Assembly (NCBI GenBank): GCA_944372355.1
Contig: CALVYS010000001.1
Location: forward strand, 32,681 to 96,680
Origin: an uncultured Clostridia bacterium
Lineage (GTDB): Bacteria > Bacillota > Clostridia > Christensenellales > UBA1242
DNA length: 64,000 nucleotides
Direction of reading: 5' to 3'
Of this stretch, positions 9,224 through 17,800 are shown piece after piece (position 1 is the first letter of the stretch; each line of letters begins with the position of its first letter). The position numbers and the translations under genes were made by a program. The notes beneath the pieces are model-generated. The model saw only the letters and a program-made list of their open reading frames with translations. It had not been told where the DNA came from and did no database searches.

Positions 9224-9252
9224 TTGACAAAGAAAAGCGATTGTGTTAAAAT
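9224..9252 (+). promoter_or_regulatory. near-consensus sigma-A promoter for rpmG-secE-nusG
   Basis: TTGACA (9224-9229), 17-nt spacer, TGT-TAAAAT extended -10 (9244-9252). Confidence 0.7.
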
Positions 9253-9304
9253 ACACTAACACTTCCAATCACGGGGTGTTAGTTTTTTTGTTAGGAGATT
9301 AGTT

Positions 9305-9466
9305 ATGGCAGCACCAAAACGCAAATATGTGACTCTTGCTTGCACCGAATGTCAAGAGAGAAACTATGCCACATCAAAAAACAGTGCAGCAAATCCTGAA
9401 AGGATTGAAATCAAAAAGTTCTGTCCAAAATGTGGTAAGAGAACAGTTCACAAAGAAACAAAATAA
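9305..9466 (+). CDS. rpmG: 50S ribosomal protein L33
   Basis: 53 aa, [26 protein letters not shown]...[17 protein letters not shown] with the CxxC...CxxC zinc ribbon. Below the ORF-track cutoff, translated by hand. Confidence 0.9.
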   Translation: MAAPKRKYVTLACTECQERNYATSKNSAANPERIEIKKFCPKCGKRTVHKETK

Positions 9467-9483
9467 ATCCGCGGGGAGGCGAT

Positions 9484-9864
9484 ATGTCTAAAAAGAAACA
9501 CTTGAAAGAGAACATCTCTGAAAGTAAATCAGCCGAAGAAGAGGTTGTGGTTGCAAGCGAAGATGCTGGCGACACGACCTTGCCTGCGAAAGAAGAAAAA
9601 AACTCTGAAAAAGCTTTGAAAAACGACAAAGCCAAAGACGCTAAACAAGACAAGAACGCAAAAAAGAAAGAGAAAAAACCAAAAGAGAAAAAACTTGCTC
9701 GCAAAGCAAAAGAAACTGTAAGCGAGCTTAAAAAGGTTACATGGCCAGGGTTTGGCGAAGTGTGCAAAAAAACCGGAGTCGTGCTTGCAGTTGTTTTGAT
9801 TTTCGCGTTGGTGTTGTTTGGACTTGACACGCTTTTTGGTTATTTGTTTGGGCTTTTGACATAA
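9484..9864 (+). CDS. secE: preprotein translocase subunit SecE with a long Lys/Glu-rich N-terminal extension
   Basis: C-terminal ETVSELKKVTWPGFGEVCKKTGVVLAVVLIFALVLFGLD is the SecE core. Sits in the conserved rpmG-secE-nusG position. Confidence 0.85.
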   Translation: MSKKKHLKENISESKSAEEEVVVASEDAGDTTLPAKEEKNSEKALKNDKAKDAKQDKNAKKKEKKPKEKKLARKAKETVSELKKVTWPGFGEVCKKTGVVLAVVLIFALVLFGLDTLFGYLFGLLT

Positions 9865-9877
9865 GGGAGGATAGAAT

Positions 9878-10507
9878 ATGGAAGAAATCAACAATCAAAC
9901 GGAAAATGTTGAAGTAGACAAAGTGCAAACCACGGAAGCGACTGCACCAGAACAAGCAGCCTCGCCAGAGCAAAAAGAAGATCCAAGATCAAAAGCAAAA
10001 TGGTATGCTCTTCACACTTTTTCAGGATATGAAAATGTGGCAAAAGACAACTTGACAACTGTTGTCAGCAAGTTCAACCTTCAAGATCGCATTTTCGACA
10101 TCATCATTCCTATGGAAACAGTTGTTGAAGAAAAAAATGGCAAGAAAAAACTTGTTGAACGCAAAAGCATGCCTTGCTACATCTTCGTGAAAATGATTTA
10201 TGGAGATGATCTGTGGCACAATGTCATCAACACGAGAGGCATCACTGGTTTTGTTGGACCTAATGGAAGAGCACTTGCACTCACTGACGAAGAGGTTCGC
10301 AAAAACAAACTCGAAAAAATCAAGGTGGAAGTTGACCTTCAAATTGGAGACAAAGTGGAAGTCATCGATGGCCCACTTGAAGGCACAATCGGCACTGTTC
10401 AAAGCGTGAACCCAGAAGCCGGAATCGCAACCGTTGTGGTTGAGATGTTTGGAAGAGAGGCACCAGTTGACCTTGACTTCACTCAAATGCGTCGCATCGA
10501 TGTTTAA
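9878..10507 (+). CDS. nusG: transcription termination/antitermination factor NusG
   Basis: KWYALHTFSGYENVAK NGN domain and a C-terminal KOW (GDKVEVIDGPLEGTIGTV). Confidence 0.95.
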   Translation: MEEINNQTENVEVDKVQTTEATAPEQAASPEQKEDPRSKAKWYALHTFSGYENVAKDNLTTVVSKFNLQDRIFDIIIPMETVVEEKNGKKKLVERKSMPCYIFVKMIYGDDLWHNVINTRGITGFVGPNGRALALTDEEVRKNKLEKIKVEVDLQIGDKVEVIDGPLEGTIGTVQSVNPEAGIATVVVEMFGREAPVDLDFTQMRRIDV

Positions 10508-10621
10508 ATGGTATTTCGCGAGCAATCGCTAAAAATACAAAAAAATTAAGGCGTGAAAAACGCCAGTGGGAGAGCGGGAACTGCATCTGCTCACATCACC
10601 ACAAACTATAAGGAGGAAAAA

Positions 10622-11053
10622 ATGGCAGTAGTAAAAAAGATTGGGGCGGTTGTAAAACTTCAACTCCCAGCTGGTAAAGCCACACCTGGACCACCTGTCG
10701 GCTCATCTCTCGGCCCTCATGGAATCAACATCGCGGCATTTACCAAAGAATTCAACGACAGAACAGCTGCACAAGCTGGGCTTGTCATTCCTGTTGTGAT
10801 CACAATTTATCAAGACAGGTCATTCTCATTCGTGCTGAAAACCCCACCAGCAGCAGTGCTTATCAAAAAAGCAATTGGTCTTGAAAAGGGTTCAGCAAAA
10901 CCAAACAAACAAAAAGTCGGATCAATCACAAAAGCTCAAATAAGAGAGATCGCTGAGCTGAAAATGCCAGACCTCAACGCAGGCAGCATTGAAGCAGCTA
11001 TGAGCATGATTGAAGGTGCGGCACGCAGCATGGGCGTGACCGTGGTTGAATAA
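10622..11053 (+). CDS. rplK: 50S ribosomal protein L11
   Basis: [46 protein letters not shown]. The upstream 10553 start is unsupported. Confidence 0.95.
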   Translation: MAVVKKIGAVVKLQLPAGKATPGPPVGSSLGPHGINIAAFTKEFNDRTAAQAGLVIPVVITIYQDRSFSFVLKTPPAAVLIKKAIGLEKGSAKPNKQKVGSITKAQIREIAELKMPDLNAGSIEAAMSMIEGAARSMGVTVVE

Positions 11054-11067
11054 GAGGAGAGAGGCAG

Positions 11068-11751
11068 ATGAAAGTTGGAAAAAGAATGAAAGCTGCGCTT
11101 GAATCTTACAACAAGCTTAAAGCTTATCCGGCAAGCGAAGCTATGGAAAATGTTTTAAACAACGCGAAAGCAAAATTTGATGAAACCATCGAACTTCATG
11201 TCAAACTCGGCGTTGACGGAAGAAATGCAGATCAACAAGTTCGTGGCGTGGTTGTGCTTCCACACGGAACAGGAAAAAGCGTTAAAGTGCTTGTCGTTGC
11301 AAAAGGCGACAAGGCTGACGAAGCAGTCAAAGCAGGCGCAGACTTTGTTGGAGCAGAAGAAATGGTTGCAAAAATTCAAGGTGGCTGGTTGGATTTTGAT
11401 GTTTGCATCACAACACCAGACATGATGGGCGTGATCGGACGCGTTGCAAGAGTGCTTGGTCCAAAGGGACTTATGCCAAACCCAAAAAGTGGCACAGTGA
11501 CCATGGACGTTAAAAAAGCGATTTCTGATGTTAAAGCTGGTAAAGTTGAATACAGACTCGACAAAACCAACAACGTTCACGTTATTCTTGGCAAAGCAAG
11601 TTTTGGCAAGGAAAAACTTATGGACAACTACAACACAGTCATCGAAGCTCTTGCGAAAGCAAAACCTGCTGCGGCAAAAGGACAATATTTCAAAAATATT
11701 TCAATTTGTTCAAGCATGGGCCCTGGCGTAAAAGTTGTAACCATGGGTTAA
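11068..11751 (+). CDS. rplA: 50S ribosomal protein L1
   Basis: 227 aa. [24 protein letters not shown] and [15 protein letters not shown] motifs. Confidence 0.95.
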   Translation: MKVGKRMKAALESYNKLKAYPASEAMENVLNNAKAKFDETIELHVKLGVDGRNADQQVRGVVVLPHGTGKSVKVLVVAKGDKADEAVKAGADFVGAEEMVAKIQGGWLDFDVCITTPDMMGVIGRVARVLGPKGLMPNPKSGTVTMDVKKAISDVKAGKVEYRLDKTNNVHVILGKASFGKEKLMDNYNTVIEALAKAKPAAAKGQYFKNISICSSMGPGVKVVTMG

Positions 11752-11766
11752 GAATTAAAATAAAAA

Positions 11767-11790
11767 ACAAGCCGTTTGGCTTGTTTTTTT
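11767..11790 (+). terminator. intrinsic terminator after rplA
   Basis: ACAAGCC-GTTT-GGCTTGT hairpin plus a T-run. Confidence 0.75.
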
Positions 11791-11807
11791 GATTTTAATA
11801 TGTTTGC

Positions 11808-11834
11808 AAAAAAAACAGGCGTTTGCCTGTTTTT
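11808..11834 (-). terminator. intrinsic terminator of the giant minus-strand gene
   Basis: ACAGGC-GTTT-GCCTGT hairpin immediately after the TAA stop. The plus-strand A-run gives the T-run on the minus strand. Confidence 0.7.
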
Positions 11835-14800
11835 TTATTTAACCTTGATTCTCTTTCTGAGTTTCACAATGATTATGATTGCAACAATCACTGCCACACA
11901 GCCGATCACGATGGCCGCTATTGCCCAGCCGTTGAGAGGTTCGGTTTTTGTGACTTTGTAGCTGAACAACAAGTTGCCGCTCATTGATCTTGCAGTGATG
12001 AAGTAGGTTCCAGTTGCTTGGATTGAAAATTGTGTTGTGCCCATTGAAGAGATGGTCTCTTCGCTGATGTGGAACACAGTTCCAGCAACTGTGATCATGC
12101 ATTCGCCCACGGTTTGATAAATTCGCTCTGCGTTGAAGGTTACGGTGATTGGCGAGGAGCTTGATTGACCTTCCGTCAGAGAAATGTCGATTGGAACCGA
12201 TGCGGTGTTGATCCAGTAAGAGAAGGTGAGTTCGGTTGGAAGCGAGTAGTCACTGCGATTGAAGTTGCCGTTGGTTGCGATGGTGACGGTGTATCTTCCA
12301 CTTCCTGTTCCGATGTAAGAGGTCACAAGTTCTTTCAGATAGGTGACTCCGTCCACAACAACTGTTTGAAGTTGCAATCCAAGAGTTGGGTTTTCACTTG
12401 CCATATCATTTAAAATTGTTTGAGTGATGTCGCCAAGATTGTCTTTGACAACCGATTTGATGTAGTAATTTTGATATGGGGCGAATTCATATGAATAGCG
12501 CGACTCATTTGGATTGACGATTGTGAAGTTGTAGGTCTGTTGACGAACGTCAACTCCTGTCACGCTGGTGCCCACAAACCAAACGGTGTAGTAGCCAGGA
12601 TCGGAGAAGGTGAAGGTGTGAGTGTTTGCATCGTAGTTGAAGCTTGTGATATCTTGGCCGTTGCGTTGTGCACGAATCATTCCAAGTCCGCTTCCGCTGG
12701 ATTGAGCGGTGTAATATTCGTTCATGTTGAGAATGGTAAGTTGCACATCGCCATTGAACACACCTTTGTTGATCGGGTCGGTTGTCACTTGCTCGCCAGT
12801 GGCTGCATCTGCGAAAGTCATCGAAAATGCGACATCTTTCAAGAACACAAACCTTTGTGAGGTTGATGCGGAAGAGGTTCCGTATGCAAACACCTGAACA
12901 TTTCCTGCTGTGTCGACAAATGAAAGTGTGTAAGTTCCGCTCCTGTCTAATGTGACATAATTGTAATTGCTGTCAGTTCGATAGGTGACAGGGAATTCAA
13001 CTCCGTCTTTTAACACATGCAAATCAATAATGTTGGTGCTGATTCCATAGGTTTTTGACCAGCGGATTGTCACCGAATCAAAGTTTGATGTGGAGGAAAT
13101 GATTGCGTTGATCGTGCTTGAAGAAAGCATGTTGAAGGTTTCGTTTGTGTTGTAATAGTAGCTTGCTTCTGCAACGATTTCCGATGTTGGAGGAATGTAG
13201 GTTATGAACACTATCCTGTAAAATGGTGAGATTCCGGAACCAGTTGGAGGGACATATCCGCCAACCGAGTCTTGCGTGTAGTTTGTAACCAGGAAGGAGC
13301 GTGTCACAACTCCATTTCCCTCAGAGATAGGAGTGAAGATGTCATCAACCACAACGATGTTTTGATAGTCGTTTGGAACGATGCTTACAGAAGCTTGATC
13401 TGTGTAATAGTTGACGTTTGTGATGTAATAATCAGAATATTCAGTGCCTTCGTAGGTGTAGTAATTTTGTGCTTTGTCAACTACCACGCCGTTGTTGGTG
13501 ACTCTGTAAAATTCACTTGAAGATTCAAGAATTTCCACTCTGTAAAGGTCATATTCATTTGCCAGCACTCGCTCACCACTTTCATTTGCTGCATAACGAA
13601 CCAAGAAATAGTAAACGCCGCTTTCGTCAAATCTGGTGCCTGATGAGAATGCTTCAAAATCTTGCATAGAGCCTTCTTTATAGTAAAGCACTTCATATGG
13701 ATATGCAAAGTTTGTTGGGTCTGGCTCGTATGAAACGGTGACATTGAGTGCGAAGGTTTGACCTGAAAGTGTAACGCGATAGCGCGTGCCATTCAAAGTG
13801 AGATAACGCACGCTTGAATCGGTGAGGGTTTCCTCTGTGATGTTTGTGCCATAATGGTCGCTGAATCTTATAGTTGAAAGAGCGTTTGTCATCTCTCCCA
13901 CTGCGAGCTCTGGTTTGACCTCATATAGGTGCAGATAAAGCTCTTTCACAAACAGATTTTCATCGATCTGGCCTGGGTTTTCATCATCGACTTCATAAAC
14001 TCTGATTCGGAAGCGTTGATCAATTTGAGGTTGATTTGTTCCTCTTGCAAAGGTCATGGAGATGATGTCTGTGCCGCTTGTGGTGTAGTCTTGATTTTGC
14101 GTAGCGGTAATCCAAGTTCCATCTAAGAATTTTTCAACCACAGGAATGTAGATGTTGCGGTTGTAGGTGTAGACGAGGTTGGTTGGATTGATGTAGCTTG
14201 TCACATATTCTCCACCAGTTATTGCAGGGTCAGAGATGATGTCTTGATATATTTGAGTGCCAGAAGTGGTTGAAACTTCTTCAAACGAGCTTTGGCCGAA
14301 GATGTGCACCAAAGTTGTGACATTTCCAAAGTTGTCCACGATTCTGTATCTGATCTTGTCTCCAACATTAGGGAGGTTTATGTAACTAAATCTCAGAGTG
14401 CGTGTCACAGATTCATAGGTGAATTCGATATAGTTGTTGCTTGTCCAAGCTGTTGTATAGTTGTAAGCGGAGTTTTGCAAGTTTTCCAGCGAGTTTGGAT
14501 CATTTTGCAAACTGTATCTTTGGCTGTTGTCGCCAGAGGTTATCTCAACAGAAACAGGGTAGGCGGTGTTTGAGGTTCCAACTGTCAAGTATTCAGCCTC
14601 AGAACTTGAAGAGTGGTTTGCATTCAAACTAACGCCATTGATCAAGTATAGTGCGATCTGCAAATGACTTCCATTTGTTCGGTTGGAAAGTGTCAGGGTG
14701 ATTTGGCTTTCGCTTGAAGCGTAGCCACTGAACAGCGAAGAGATTTGAACGTATTCACCAGTTGCCATGTTGATGACGCGGCCCTCTTCCCATGGACTGA

Positions 14801-17800
14801 ACATATAAGTGGAAGATGAGTTGTTTCGAGAAATGGTCAGCGTCAACCATTCGTCTCCAAACAGGTTGAGATTTTGCAAATTGAAATTTGTTGAGGAGTA
14901 AGCTGCAACAACTTTTTCAGTTTGAGTTTGTGCCAAAATTTGTGCGTCACTGATGCGTTTTTCCTCGTTGTCATCGGTGAATTGCAAGCCTTGATATTGA
15001 GTTGTGCTTCCTGAATTAGGATCAGTTACAACAAAGCCGTTGCCATCATCCGTGCCGTAAACATAGACAAGATAAATCGTCAAGTTTCCGGCCAAGTCTT
15101 GTTCCACAATTTCATAGTAAGTTCGTTGTGTGTAAGTGCTTGCATCGGTTGAGAGAGGAGTGAAGTTTGATGAAGCAAAAGACGATGGGTCGGTTTCAGC
15201 ATAGCTTCCCGAATAAGGATCGCTAACTGCGCGGTAGTAAGCGTTGACGGTTGAGCCTGAGTAGTTTCCGGCTGAATTTGAGTTTTCCTGAGCTTGTGAT
15301 GCAAGTGAGGCAAGGAAAGCACCGTCAACAAGATAGGAATAATATTGGAATGTCCCTGTTGATGCCGAGATGTTGTAAGCTGCCTCTGCTGGGGTGGTCA
15401 CATTTGTGCCATCAATGTTTTGATAGGTTCTGAGTGAAGTGCCATTTAATTGATAGGTTCCATTCGAGAAGTTGGAAACGTTTGCAATCAAGCTTGAAAT
15501 CATTTCATTGCTTGCGGTTTTGTCAACGACAACTGTTTTCAAAGCTTTTGAGTAGTAATTGTCGTTGTGGCCAACGAACTGCATCGTCACACTCACACGA
15601 ACGCCATTCTCATAAAGGCCTGCTTGCTCCAAATTTAAAGTCAGATTGTTCAAGTTGTTGGTTGTGGAAAATTGAAGTGCGCTTGCGATGCGTTCACTAT
15701 TCACATCGCTCGATCCGTCGAGATAGCTTACAGAAATGCCGTCTGAAACATCAACAATCATATCATCATAGTCACGGCTGAACGAAAGCTGAATTTGTGT
15801 TTTGTCGATGTCTGCAATATATCTGTCGTTTGCATCTTGCCAAGAAGCTGTGAAGTTTTTTTGATTTGTGTAGTAGTTTGTTGCATCTAAGGTGCTTAAA
15901 GAACTTCCATTTGATGCCAACGAAAATTCAGGTGATGCCGACTGAATTGTGAAAGCAAACATATAGTTTTTGGTGAAAACGTTGTCGGTTCCTGCGCCGC
16001 TAGCGTTTGCTGCTTGCGTGATCAAAACATAATATGTGCCGGCTTCTGTGAGCTCGTTGAGAGAGGAGCCATCAGAACTTACAAAGGTTAAAAATCCATT
16101 TTCAGATCCAGATGAGGAGTAGGTGCGTGTGGCGCCTGTTTCGCTTGAAACAAAACGGATTTGAGCTGTCAGCTGATAGCTGGTTATCGACGAAGCTGAA
16201 ATTGCGTTTTGGTCATAATATGAAAGCAGCGGATTGTTGTTTGAAGAATATTCCACTTCATTTGTGTTTCCAACCGACGATTCCGAGTTGTTGATTGTGT
16301 ATTTATACGAAGGGATATAAACTTTCACTGGAAGTTTGTTGGTTTCAAAAATCACTGTTGGAGGATTGTCAAAACTCCAATTGTCGTTAGGATCGGTATA
16401 GAAGCTTTCACCAGAGTTTATGTGGTTTTCACGATGAGGGAAGGTGACTGACAACACTGCACTTTCATCATCGATGCCGTCATACATGTTTACGAAGATG
16501 TCGCCGCCCACGATGCTTTCAAGCGTTGGACCAAGACGAAGACTTTCCAAAGTTGAAGAGTCGATCACATCAGGCGTGGTGTTTGTCTCAAAGCTGTTAG
16601 TTCCGTTGGAAATTGCAAGTTTGCCAAATCTGAATCCACCTTCCAGCAAAATATATCTCAAATCGTTGTTGGTCCAGGTTGAAATATATTCGACAGGAGT
16701 TTCCAAATTGCCTGCATCATAAGCAGTGAAAGTCAAATTGACACCTGACAATGGATAGCTTGGGTCAGTTGAAGAGACCACGATCAAATTCTCGTAAACA
16801 ATTGCTGTGTAAGCTGGTGCGTTTGTGGTTGAATCGACAAGTGTGTAAACGTCAGGATCGTAACTCACGGTTTCTTGTTCTGTGATCACGCCATATCTGT
16901 CAACATACATGGTCAACGTGCGCTCGTTATAGTCGAAAACATCAACGGTGTAGTTGTCGCCTGACATATAGGTTCTGTAAATCACATATTTGCCTTCGCG
17001 AGTTGCATTGCCTGAGAGGTTGATCGCTTCGGTGATTGCTTCGGTGCTGCTGTTGGTTCCATCGAAGGAATAAATTGGGATAGTTGTTGAAGGGGTCTGA
17101 GAAATTGTTCGATAGTATGAAAGCATGAATTGGTCAGATCCCACAGCTTGTGAAGCGACTATTTGAGTTTGGTATGGGAAAAATTCAATGTAAACTTCCT
17201 GCACTTGTGTGCTTTGACCGTTGTCATAGTTTACTGTTGGGACAAAGGAAATGTAAAGGGTGGTGTCAAGTGCGGTTGGTGTGTAGTAGCTGTTTTTAAA
17301 TGTGCTTCCACCATCTGCATCAACACCTGAGGTCGAATAAGCAGCAGTAAACAATGTGGTGTTTGCTTCGTTTGAATCATTATGTGAGTCACGATAAACG
17401 ACTCTGGTCAGCGAAGTGTCTCCGGTTACAGTTATGTATTGGCTGTTTGACGGATAGGTGGTCAATCTGTCAAGAGCGGAAAGATTTGCTCCTTGCGTGT
17501 TGGATTCGTCGCGAAGCATGAATCCATATTCACCTTCCATGTCGACAAAGGTTTGTTGCTCTGCGTCATATGTCACGCCGTCAACAACGATTGAAAGCGT
17601 GCCGCTCTCGCTCAGCCTTCCTGTTCGAGAAGGGTCTGACAGCGAGGTCAAAGTGGTTGCGCCGCTCACGCCGTAGAAGAACTCTCTGCTTCCGTCGCTG
17701 TAAACGATGCGATAAAGGTCGGCTGTTTGCAGTTGCTCGGTGATGGTTGTGACATCCAGCATCGCACCTGTCAAAAGGTTGGTGTAAAGGTTGTCGGTGG

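Noticed and set aside
10508-10621. Possible L1-binding autoregulatory leader upstream of rplK (GGGAGAGCGGGAAC... segment and small hairpins)
   Set aside because: I cannot reproduce a convincing 23S-H77/78 mimic by eye and cannot run a covariance model. It is left as an ordinary 5' UTR.
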